Shown here: one piece after another, positions 8,268 to 16,768 of the stretch
How the letters are laid out: every line of letters begins with the position of its first letter
How positions within the stretch are numbered: the stretch's first letter is position 1
Assembly: GCF_000025945.1 (NCBI RefSeq)
Contig: NC_006138.1
Coordinates: 3,240,001 to 3,272,000, forward strand
Origin: Desulfotalea psychrophila LSv54
Lineage (GTDB): Bacteria > Desulfobacterota > Desulfobulbia > Desulfobulbales > Desulfocapsaceae
Direction: 5' to 3'
DNA length: 32,000 nucleotides
Made by a program: the position numbers and the translations under genes
The notes under the pieces: generated by a model
The model's database searches: none
What the model was told of the DNA's origin: nothing
The model's input: only the letters and a program-made list of their open reading frames with translations

Positions 8268-9593
8268 TTAAACAAGTTCTCCAACAAGAATTGGCCGTAA
8301 TTCACCCATGAGATAGAGAGAACCGGCTATCAGAATAAGATCATCCTTGCCGGCCATCCTCTCCGCATACTCAAGGGCTAATGAGGATGAGGTAAAACAG
8401 GTCGTCTTTTTCCGGTCATCCTCTGTGAGCAGGGCAAACATGGCGGCTGGCTCCGCCGCTCGTTCACTGTCAACAGCTGTCAAACAGAGCAGGTCAACAT
8501 GGGGGACAATCCTGTTCAAACCCGTGGCAATGTCCTTATCGGCCATGGCGCCCCAGACGCAGATAAGTCGCCTATATGAATAGAGAGCAAGAGCCTCCAC
8601 CAAACTGGCAATACCGGCAGGATTATGAGCTCCATCCAAAAGATATGGAGCAGGGCTACGATCCAGCTGCAAATACTCTAACCGGCCCGGCCAGGAGACA
8701 GAGAAAAGCCCGGACCGCAGTTCATCCTCTGAAACCACAAAGCCGTGCCTTTTTAACAGGCAAAGGGTAGTGAGCACCAGAGCACCGTTTTCTGCCTGAA
8801 TGCGGCCTGGCTTGGCATTTTCCACGGCCTGCAAACTGGCATCTGCCAAAAAACCCTCGCCCTGGTAATCCCAGCTGGCCCCTGCCAGCCAATGGGCATC
8901 AAAATCCCGCCCGGCAAGATAGAGGGGGGCCTTTTTCTCCCGGGCAAAACCCGCCACCACCGCAACAACCTTCGGGTCATAGCTACCACAGACGACAGGC
9001 ACACCCTCCTTGATAATACCCGCCTTCTCAGAGGCAACAGCCTCTATGGTATCACCGAGATAGGCCACATGATCAATGCTAATACTGGTAATGATCGTTA
9101 GCAAAGGCTGACGCACCACATTGGTTGCATCCAACCTGCCACCAAGTCCAGTCTCCAAGACGACAAGATCCACCCCTCTCTCATAAAACCAAAGAAAGGC
9201 AAGGGCAGTGGTAAACTCAAAATAGGTTATCGGCCGCCCGGCAAGCCTTGTCCTAATTCGGTCAGTAAGACAGGCAAAGTCTGCGCGAGAGATATACTCA
9301 TCGTTAATGCGAAATCTCTCTCGCGGGGAGCTCAGATGCGGCGAGGTATAAAGGCCAAGCTGATAGCCACCTTTTGCCAAGACAGAGACCAGCGAGGAAC
9401 AGACTGAACCCTTACCGTTTGTCCCGGCTACATGAACAACCTTCATCTTAGCCTCTGGATTATCAAAGAGAGCTAAAAAGTCACGCATGGGGGCAAGCCC
9501 AAGTTTTATTTTATGAAACTGCAAACTATCCAGAAAGGCAAGGGCATCCTGGTAGCGACTTTCAATGGTCGCTTGATCGGAAATATCAGACAT
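8268..9593 (-). CDS. folC: Bifunctional folylpolyglutamate synthase/dihydrofolate synthase
   Basis: VVHVAGTNGKGSVCSSLVSVLAKGGYQLGLYTSPHL, VVLETGLGGRLDATNVV and LLDGAHNPAG motifs. Confidence 0.96.
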   Translation of the reverse strand: MSDISDQATIESRYQDALAFLDSLQFHKIKLGLAPMRDFLALFDNPEAKMKVVHVAGTNGKGSVCSSLVSVLAKGGYQLGLYTSPHLSSPRERFRINDEYISRADFACLTDRIRTRLAGRPITYFEFTTALAFLWFYERGVDLVVLETGLGGRLDATNVVRQPLLTIITSISIDHVAYLGDTIEAVASEKAGIIKEGVPVVCGSYDPKVVAVVAGFAREKKAPLYLAGRDFDAHWLAGASWDYQGEGFLADASLQAVENAKPGRIQAENGALVLTTLCLLKRHGFVVSEDELRSGLFSVSWPGRLEYLQLDRSPAPYLLDGAHNPAGIASLVEALALYSYRRLICVWGAMADKDIATGLNRIVPHVDLLCLTAVDSERAAEPAAMFALLTEDDRKKTTCFTSSSLALEYAERMAGKDDLILIAGSLYLMGELRPILVGELV

Positions 9594-9626
9594 ATTTTTA
9601 TAAAAAGAGTACCTGTTATATTTATC

Positions 9627-11828
9627 TTAGACGAGCTCTAGTTTTGCATAATCCAAATGGAGCGCCTTGGTTCCATACTGTTCAAACTCCACCTCAATGG
9701 CAGGGCCACCCGGCATTTTTTTCACCGTTCCCTCCCCAAAAAATGGATGCTTTACCCGAGTGCCAAGGGACAAATCAGCCCTCTTCAACCCCGCAGGTCT
9801 TGAACGCCTCCCTGCAGGTATGCCCACCGGACGGGGAGAGTTACTCTCCGCAAAACGGGAGGGTCTGCTCAAAGAGGATGTCGATGAGCCCTCCACTCTC
9901 TCATAGAGCATATCCTTAAGCTCAACCAAATAGGGAGACATCCCCACCCTCTTAAACTGACGATCGGGGGTCATCATCTGTCGTGGATAGGTCAAATAGA
10001 GATGTTTTCTTGCTCTGGTTGCGGCAACATAGAGGAGACGGCGTTCCTCCTCCCACTGTGGGCCAAAACCGACAGTGTTAGCGTGGGGAAAACGTCCCTC
10101 GGCAAGACCCATAACAAAGACAGCATCAAACTCCAGACCCTTTGAAGAGTGAATAGTTGAAAGCACCATCCGCTTACCGTCAGGGGTTTTATCTGCTGTG
10201 GGTGCCGGCGGATCAAGGGTGGTATCATCGATAAATTTTTGCAAGTCATCATAGCCAGCAATAACACCCTTAAAATGCTCAAGATCCTTCTCGCGCTTGG
10301 GATAATCATCACTATAGAGGCGCTCAAACAGAGGTGTATAGTAGTTCAAAACCAACTCATAGAGCGCCGCGGGTGTCCTCTCTGTAACCCGGAGCTCCCG
10401 AAAGAGATCGGCTAGACCTGCAATAATATCCACGGAGGCCTTACTAGCAGGATAGTTCTTCAGGCTAAGAAAGGGGTCAAAGGTGGGCACAATAGTTGTG
10501 GTAATCTTCTGTGCTGTCTTGGGACCAATACGGTCAAGCTGGAGCAAAACCCGATTCCAGGAGAGATTATCCCGGGGATTAACCAAGAGGCGGAGAAAGG
10601 AGAGAACATCTTTCATATGGGCGGCTTCAGTAAGTTTTAGCCCACCACGTTTCTCAAACTCAATGCCTGCTGCTCCCAGACCAATCTCAAGTTTATAGGA
10701 GTGAAAGCCCGAACGAAAGAGCACGGCAATTTCCGAGGGGTCAATCCCATCCCGAATATGTTGCTGAACCCTGGCGAGAATAAACGTTGCCTCGGCCTGC
10801 TCATCACGAGCCCCATAAACAATCGGCCGCTGCTCACCTTTTATATTACTGTGGAGGGACTTGGTATATTTTTCCGAGGCATTGGCAATGAGATCATTGG
10901 TCAAGGAGAGGATGGGCTGAGTCGAACGATAATTTTCCTCCAACTTTATCAGTTTGGCCCCAGGAAACTCCTTGGGAAAACGCATAATATTATAGAAGTC
11001 TGCCCCTCGAAAGGAGTAGATGGACTGGGAATCATCCCCCACCACCATCACATTGCTATGTTCCGAGGCAAGCAATCGAATAATATCGGCCTGAATAAGA
11101 TTGGTATCCTGATACTCATCAACCATCACATAACGAAATCGATGGGACATCATGGAACGCACCTCGGGCGACTCCTGGAGCAGGAGCTTCCAGTTAACCA
11201 ACAGGTCATCATAATCCATAAGGACATTATCCCTCTTAAAGGTATGATAATGTCTGCCAAGTCTCAAAATATCAGCGCAGTGATCAGCCAGATGTCCATA
11301 CTGATCATGGATCAACTCTTCCATCGGGGTAGACTTATTAATCGATCCACTGATTATATTAATAATGATCCGCTTTCCCGGAAAACGCTTATCTCCCTTG
11401 CCCATCTCAAGAGAAGATTTCAGCAAATTAATGATACCCTCTGCATCGGCCCGGTCAATAATAGTAAAACCCTTGCCCCAACCCATATGACTGCCATATT
11501 GGCGAAGTAACATATTGGCGACACCGTGAAATGTACCCCCCATCACCCGGGAACAGTTTTCCCCCAGGAGTTCACCTGCACGCCAAACCATTTCCTGGGA
11601 TGCCTTGCGGGTAAAGGTCAAAAGAAGGATAGACTCCGGGGCCACTCCCTTATCCAGGAGGTGCGCTACCCTGTATATCAGGGTGCGGGTCTTGCCACTT
11701 CCGGCACCGGCAATGACCAAAACAGGCCCTTCGGTGGTGGTCACAGCCAAATGCTGGGCTGGATTCAGACCACTCAGATCAATGGGGGAGGGATCAGCTG
11801 TTGCAAAATTTGTTTTATCAATATTCAT
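9627..11828 (-). CDS. UvrD/PcrA/Rep-family ATP-dependent DNA helicase
   Basis: GLNPAQHLAVTTTEGPVLVIAGAGSGKTRTL (Q motif and Walker A), YVMVDEYQDTN, GDDSQSIYSFRGAD, LSTIHSSKGLEFDAVFV, YVAATRARKHL. C-terminal VKHPFFGEGTVKK resembles the PcrA/UvrD tail domain. The track starts at 11939, but homology begins after Met at 11828. Confidence 0.94.
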   Translation of the reverse strand: MNIDKTNFATADPSPIDLSGLNPAQHLAVTTTEGPVLVIAGAGSGKTRTLIYRVAHLLDKGVAPESILLLTFTRKASQEMVWRAGELLGENCSRVMGGTFHGVANMLLRQYGSHMGWGKGFTIIDRADAEGIINLLKSSLEMGKGDKRFPGKRIIINIISGSINKSTPMEELIHDQYGHLADHCADILRLGRHYHTFKRDNVLMDYDDLLVNWKLLLQESPEVRSMMSHRFRYVMVDEYQDTNLIQADIIRLLASEHSNVMVVGDDSQSIYSFRGADFYNIMRFPKEFPGAKLIKLEENYRSTQPILSLTNDLIANASEKYTKSLHSNIKGEQRPIVYGARDEQAEATFILARVQQHIRDGIDPSEIAVLFRSGFHSYKLEIGLGAAGIEFEKRGGLKLTEAAHMKDVLSFLRLLVNPRDNLSWNRVLLQLDRIGPKTAQKITTTIVPTFDPFLSLKNYPASKASVDIIAGLADLFRELRVTERTPAALYELVLNYYTPLFERLYSDDYPKREKDLEHFKGVIAGYDDLQKFIDDTTLDPPAPTADKTPDGKRMVLSTIHSSKGLEFDAVFVMGLAEGRFPHANTVGFGPQWEEERRLLYVAATRARKHLYLTYPRQMMTPDRQFKRVGMSPYLVELKDMLYERVEGSSTSSLSRPSRFAESNSPRPVGIPAGRRSRPAGLKRADLSLGTRVKHPFFGEGTVKKMPGGPAIEVEFEQYGTKALHLDYAKLELV

Positions 11829-11974
11829 AGCCGAGCAACTTACCACAGTCCCACCGGAGCTGGCAACTTTGGTTGACAAAATAACGCCTATAGCTATAGT
11901 GCCTACTCTAGGACAAGATGTTACCCATCCGGGGTACACGGAAAATAATCAATTATAATAAAAAGTTATCAGAT

Positions 11975-12373
11975 ATGAACATCACCGAAATGAGTAGCAC
12001 TTTCACACCTGAGGCCTTAAATAAAATTTTCCCAGCCAAAAAAGCCGACGAATTTTTCGACGCCCTTTTTGGCGATGCCAGTGAGGGCGCCTACGATATC
12101 CAACTCGCCTTTGCCGCTATGAACGAAAACCAATTAGAGATGGCCCTTCAGCTTCAACAGCGACCAGGCCGTTGCCTGGCCTGCAACCTTACCCACGGCC
12201 TGCCACAGGTTTTTTCACGTCATCCCCTGCTGAACATTGCCGGTGTGGTCAAAGATTTGGGTAGTCTTTTGGGCGACAGCCTTGAGTGTGGTGAATGGAG
12301 CTTGGGACACACAGAACAACGCAGCGCAGCAATGCATGTTATTCCACTGAAAATATCCCTTAAAACCATCTAG
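11975..12373 (+). CDS. Conserved protein of unknown function
   Basis: About 132 aa from ATG 11975 (track start 11918 is in-frame but upstream); compositionally normal, single clean frame, divergent from the helicase. Confidence 0.75.
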   Translation: MNITEMSSTFTPEALNKIFPAKKADEFFDALFGDASEGAYDIQLAFAAMNENQLEMALQLQQRPGRCLACNLTHGLPQVFSRHPLLNIAGVVKDLGSLLGDSLECGEWSLGHTEQRSAAMHVIPLKISLKTI

Positions 12374-12383
12374 GCTGCGTAAA

Positions 12384-12425
12384 GATCAACCAAAGGCCCA
12401 ATCTCTCCTCGGCCATTGGTTGATC
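12384..12425 (+). repeat. Strong imperfect inverted repeat/hairpin
   Basis: GATCAACCAA-A-GGCC-12 nt-GGCC-A-TTGGTTGATC: 10 bp, one A/A mismatch, 4 bp. Confidence 0.9.
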
Positions 12426-12502
12426 CTGCCGCTACCCAAAGAGCCCCTTCCGCAAAACAGCGCATTCCCTTCAACCTTTTCTCCAATAGCAAAAATCTGA
12501 CC

Positions 12503-13549
12503 ATGCCTATATCAACAGAAAAAAAACTCGGCTCTCTCTTGATGACAGGTTTTATCGGCGAGGAAATCAGCCAGTGCAGCTCTACAGTTAACGATATCAA
12601 AGAGCATGGCCTAGGCGGAGTTATTCTCTTTGACAAATGTCTGGCAACAGGTTCCAGGAAAAACAACATCACATCGCCTGAGCAGATGGCAAAACTCACC
12701 TCCGACCTGCAGAGCTGTTCGGCAGAACCCCTTCTTATTGCCGTAGATCAGGAAGGAGGAATGGTAAGTCGCTTTAGGTCGGCCTACGGTTTTTCCACCA
12801 GCCCGAGCGCCCTTATGCTCGGGCAACAGGACGACTTAGAAAAATGCCGGGAGGCGGCAGAGCAGACCAGTCAAATGCTCAAAGATGCTGGAGTGAACTT
12901 CAATCTCGCACCGGTAGTTGACCTTGACCTCACCGCCCTAAACCCCATCATCGGCAAATACCAGCGAAGCTTTGGTGATAACGCGCAGACAGTGATTGAG
13001 TGTGCACTCAGCTGGATGAGCGCCCATAGGAAGTCCGGCATTCTCTCCTGCCTTAAACATTTCCCCGGGCACGGCAGTTCCCTCGCTGATTCGCATCGGG
13101 GCTTTGTCGATATAACTGAGAGCTGGGATAGAGAAGAGCTACTCCCCTACAAAAAAATCCACCAACGGACAGAGATCGATGCCATCATGATGGGGCACCT
13201 CTTCCACAAAAATCTCGACCCACTCTACCCGGCAAGTCTCTCCAAAAGAATAATAGACTCTCTCCTGCGCCAGGAGATGAACTACCAGGGATTGATTATT
13301 TCAGACGATATGCAAATGGGGGCAATAACAAAATACTATGGCCTTGAAAAGGCCTGCTGCCGAGCTATCTGTGCTGGAGTCGACATGGTGATCATTGGTA
13401 ACAACATCTCCTCTGACCCCAAAATAGTGACAAAGATAACAGACAGCTTAAAAAATTCCATTGACCAGGGACTTCTGAGTGAAGCCAGAGTGGATCAAGC
13501 CTGGCAACGAGTTCAAGGCCTAAAAAATAAACTCCATAAGGGAGAATAA
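12503..13549 (+). CDS. nagZ: Glycoside hydrolase family 3 beta-N-acetylhexosaminidase
   Basis: LIAVDQEGGMVSRFR, FNLAPVVDLD, LSCLKHFPGHGSS, IMMGHLFHKNLD and GLIISDDMQMGAI. The track start at 12416 is a TTG inside a hairpin; ATG 12503 is preferred. Confidence 0.92.
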   Translation: MPISTEKKLGSLLMTGFIGEEISQCSSTVNDIKEHGLGGVILFDKCLATGSRKNNITSPEQMAKLTSDLQSCSAEPLLIAVDQEGGMVSRFRSAYGFSTSPSALMLGQQDDLEKCREAAEQTSQMLKDAGVNFNLAPVVDLDLTALNPIIGKYQRSFGDNAQTVIECALSWMSAHRKSGILSCLKHFPGHGSSLADSHRGFVDITESWDREELLPYKKIHQRTEIDAIMMGHLFHKNLDPLYPASLSKRIIDSLLRQEMNYQGLIISDDMQMGAITKYYGLEKACCRAICAGVDMVIIGNNISSDPKIVTKITDSLKNSIDQGLLSEARVDQAWQRVQGLKNKLHKGE

Positions 13550-13962
13550 TGCACAAAACCTACCACAAACCAACCCATTCCATCGCCATGGGATATATTC
13601 TCTGGATTTTTGGTTTTCTGGGCGCCCACCGTTTTTACTATGGCAGACAAATCTCCGCCACCATCTACTTCTTCACCTGTGGTCTTTTTTTCATTGGTTG
13701 GATAGTGGATCTCTTCCTCATTCCCGGTATGAACGAAGAGGCCGATATTCGTTATAACCAAGGTGACATTGATTTTAATCTTGCTTGGGTCCTTCTCACC
13801 TTCCTTGGCCTGCTAGGAGCCCATCGCATGTATATGGGGAAATGGATAACGGGCATTATCTACCTGCTCACTCTGGGACTAGGCGGCCTTGGTTATATCT
13901 ATGACCTATGGACCCTCAACGAACAGATAAGTATTAAAAACGGTCTCGCTGAACGGCAATAA
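13549..13962 (+). CDS. Tandem TM2-domain membrane protein
   Basis: Two units: GFLGAHRFYYGRQISATIYFFTCGLFFIGWIVDLF and GLLGAHRMYMGKWITGIIYLLTLGLGGLGYIYDLW. ATG overlaps the nagZ stop (TAATG). Confidence 0.9.
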   Translation: MHKTYHKPTHSIAMGYILWIFGFLGAHRFYYGRQISATIYFFTCGLFFIGWIVDLFLIPGMNEEADIRYNQGDIDFNLAWVLLTFLGLLGAHRMYMGKWITGIIYLLTLGLGGLGYIYDLWTLNEQISIKNGLAERQ

Positions 13963-13995
13963 AAAACCTGCTCAACCTATAGGCCTCAAGGTTCT

Positions 13996-15537
13996 TTATA
14001 AAAGAAACTCCCCCTTAGCCAGGACGGTGGCAACAACCCTGGCAAGCTCTTTAAAAGAGACAGGCTTCAAACAGCAGTGATTTATACCTACCTTACCAAG
14101 GGCCGCCTCTGAAATCTTCTCGCTATAGCCTGTACAAAGAACAACGGGAAGATCAGGGCGCACCTTTCTCACCTCCCCGCAGAGCTCCACCCCCGTCAGA
14201 TCCGGCATGGTCAAGTCTGTAATTAACAGATCAAACCTGCTAGGATCCTGAAGAAAGAGAACAAGGGCCTTGCGGGCAGAGGTAAGGGGAAGAACGCGAT
14301 AACCAAGTCGTTCGAGAAGAGCGGCAGAAACGTCCACTACCTGCTCATCATCATCAACCAATAAAATATCAGCACTGCCACACTGCAACTCACTAAGGCT
14401 CACCACCTGTTCAACCAAAACCGCCTTTTCTGAAACAGGAAAAGAGACATGAAATGAAGTGCCGCAGCCAATTTCACTCTCCACCCTGAGACGCCCGCCA
14501 TAACTATGCACCAGGCCATGAACAACGGCAAGTCCCATCCCTGTGCCCTGCTCTTTTTCGCGGGTGGTAAAATACGGCTCAAAAATACGTTCCAACAAAA
14601 CATCCTCTATACCACAGCCTGTATCTGCAACTATTATCTCCAACCACTCTTCCCCCCCCTCATCCCTCTCCTCACTCACCAGGCTAATGGTCAAGGTGCC
14701 ATGCCTGCCCTCCATTGCATGGCCGCTATTTGTACAGAGATTAACAATAATTTGCTGTAGATGAACGGGATCTATGGAGATACGTCCGCAATCTTCATCG
14801 AGATCAAGATTGATCTTGATAGTCGCTGGCAACATCGTCCGCATAAGTCTGGAGACCTCCTTTATAACAGGCTGACCATACTGCAAGGATATCTTCTGTT
14901 CAGCACTACATGAAAAGGTAAGTATCTGTTCCACAAGCTTTTGAGCCCTTCCGGCAGCAGACAATATCTCCCCCAGATAACCATCCATGGCTGAATCAAG
15001 TAGTCCCTCCTGCTCCATCCTCAGACGAATAATCTCTGAATAGCCCAAGATCGGAGTGAGAACATTATTAAAATCATGGGCAACGCCACCGGCAAGGGTA
15101 CCAATGGCCTCCATTTTCTGTGTCTGTCGCAACCTCTTCTCTAAATGAAAACGCTCGGTAATATTGTTTACCAATAGCATTGCCCCAACAACATGGCCTT
15201 TTTCCTGCACAGGCGAGGAGGTTATTTCAAAAATAACATCCTCATCCTCTCCACCTTCACCCCTTAAAAGACCTGCACTGACACCCACCTCAACAGATGC
15301 ATCCACAATAGTTTTGGCAACGGAGCAGCCGACACAATGTTCTGTATTTATTCGTAGCAAATCACAGCAATTAGCACCTTTACCATCTGCTGCCAGGAAG
15401 ACCCCTCCCCTTGACGACCAAATCACCTCTAACTTTTTATTGACATATATCAGCATCCCTGAAAAGCCATTAACAATAGCTTGCAACTGACTATTTGACT
15501 CAGAAAAAACGCAATTTACTTTTTCCATCAGGTCCAT
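13996..15537 (-). CDS. Hybrid histidine kinase (PAS-HisKA-HATPase-REC)
   Basis: KMEAIGTLAGGVAHDFNNVLTPILGY (H box), VADTGCGI / GTGMGLAVVHG (N/G boxes), ILLVDDDEQVVD...LLITDLTMPDLTG...LKPVS (receiver). Confidence 0.94.
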   Translation of the reverse strand: MDLMEKVNCVFSESNSQLQAIVNGFSGMLIYVNKKLEVIWSSRGGVFLAADGKGANCCDLLRINTEHCVGCSVAKTIVDASVEVGVSAGLLRGEGGEDEDVIFEITSSPVQEKGHVVGAMLLVNNITERFHLEKRLRQTQKMEAIGTLAGGVAHDFNNVLTPILGYSEIIRLRMEQEGLLDSAMDGYLGEILSAAGRAQKLVEQILTFSCSAEQKISLQYGQPVIKEVSRLMRTMLPATIKINLDLDEDCGRISIDPVHLQQIIVNLCTNSGHAMEGRHGTLTISLVSEERDEGGEEWLEIIVADTGCGIEDVLLERIFEPYFTTREKEQGTGMGLAVVHGLVHSYGGRLRVESEIGCGTSFHVSFPVSEKAVLVEQVVSLSELQCGSADILLVDDDEQVVDVSAALLERLGYRVLPLTSARKALVLFLQDPSRFDLLITDLTMPDLTGVELCGEVRKVRPDLPVVLCTGYSEKISEAALGKVGINHCCLKPVSFKELARVVATVLAKGEFLL

Positions 15538-15735
15538 GTCATATCACCATCTTAACTATTAAGTTTCAATATATTTTATTAACGATTTTTGTCGACAAAA
15601 CAACAAATAAACATTCAATTCATTAGACGATTCCCTTTTGCTTGACTCACCTTAAAACAATAGTTATTAGTGCTGTTGAAAACAGTAAATTATCTTTTTC
15701 AAAAAAACTGATTTAAAATCATCACTATAAAAAAT

Positions 15736-16014
15736 ATGCTCATTCAAAATACAGACGAATTAAAGAAAAAACATCCTGAAATCGAATATCCATGCAGATG
15801 GCAATATAAGGTAATTGGCGAAGATGCCACCCTGGTAAAAGACGCCATCGTCAGTATCTGCACAGACACAAGCTTGGAAGTTACCTATTCGCATACCAGC
15901 TCTGGAGGAAAATACCACAGCTTTAATGCAAGTATTAAGGTAGAGAGTGAAGCAATGCGACTTTCAACTTTTGAATCTCTCAAGGCTCACCCATCTCTTA
16001 AAATGGTACTCTAA
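15736..16014 (+). CDS. DUF493 (YbeD-like) family protein
   Basis: 92 aa, YPCRWQYKVIGEDATLVKDAIVSIC...SSGGKYHSFNASIKVESEAMRLSTFESLKAHPSLKMVL; the family pattern of FxxKVIG and S.GKY.S. Confidence 0.82.
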   Translation: MLIQNTDELKKKHPEIEYPCRWQYKVIGEDATLVKDAIVSICTDTSLEVTYSHTSSGGKYHSFNASIKVESEAMRLSTFESLKAHPSLKMVL

Positions 16015-16034
16015 CTCTTCAACATAGAGGAAAC

Positions 16035-16556
16035 ATGTCAGATAGCCAAATAGAAAATGATGCAGAAAAATCTCGTCTCATTGTCTCTCTTCGCGAGGGC
16101 GTTGCCCTGGTCCAAATGATTTTTTTCAAAGAATTACGGACACATTTAACAAACAACTATTCTGACAAGAGCAAAAGACATAATATAACCCTCACCAGTA
16201 CCATTACCAATGAAATTTTTGGTACACCAAACCCAGAAGAATCCTTTGTCCACTTCCATAAAGAAAATTGGGCAATTATAGAACAAGAACTCCTTACCCT
16301 TAAAGAAAACTTTCCCCTGTTGCTTCCATCCCTAACGGATGCCCTACGCATCCAGACGCTCTGTGACAGCCAGGAAGGCCAAGACAGTTCAGCTGTCCTG
16401 GTGAAAGCAAATAATTTTGGTTTCTTACTGGAAGAACGCGAAGTACCTCTACCTTCAAATTTCATAACAGCTGTTAGAACAATTGGAGGTACATACAATC
16501 TAATAATTCCACCTGTACAGGTAAATCCTGAGCAGGAAGCAGCAATAACTCACTAG
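16035..16556 (+). CDS. Hypothetical protein
   Basis: 173 aa, good RBS (AGAGG), 20 bp downstream of the DUF493 gene; no motif recognised. Confidence 0.75.
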   Translation: MSDSQIENDAEKSRLIVSLREGVALVQMIFFKELRTHLTNNYSDKSKRHNITLTSTITNEIFGTPNPEESFVHFHKENWAIIEQELLTLKENFPLLLPSLTDALRIQTLCDSQEGQDSSAVLVKANNFGFLLEEREVPLPSNFITAVRTIGGTYNLIIPPVQVNPEQEAAITH

Positions 16557-16637
16557 AAAACATACTTTTACTGTCTTCCACGTGAAGACAGGGTTATCAC
16601 GGACCAAGAGAGAATACCTTTTTTCAAAGTCCCCTCA

Positions 16638-16666
16638 TTGATAGCCTATAAAGAGCAACCTATAAT
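16638..16666 (+). promoter_or_regulatory. Sigma-70-type promoter for nifJ
   Basis: TTGATA (16638-16643), 17-bp spacer, TATAAT (16661-16666); roughly 100-nt leader to ATG 16769. Confidence 0.75.
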
Positions 16667-16768
16667 AGGGTTTTACAAGACGATATAGAGAAAAAGGCTA
16701 GATCCCGCTTCTTTTTTCGTCTAAATATCATCAAAAAACAACAATTTGTTATCCCAAGGAGAACTTAT

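Noticed and set aside
10701-11510. 269-aa ORF antisense to the helicase gene
   Set aside because: Complement of conserved UvrD helicase codons; no motif or RBS support.
11526-11958. Plus-strand ORFs opposite the helicase N-terminus and its proposed promoter
   Set aside because: Mirror of the Walker A region codons; no independent support.
12416-12502. 29-residue N-terminal extension of the nagZ ORF
   Set aside because: It begins with a TTG inside the hairpin arm, whereas family homology begins near ATG 12503.
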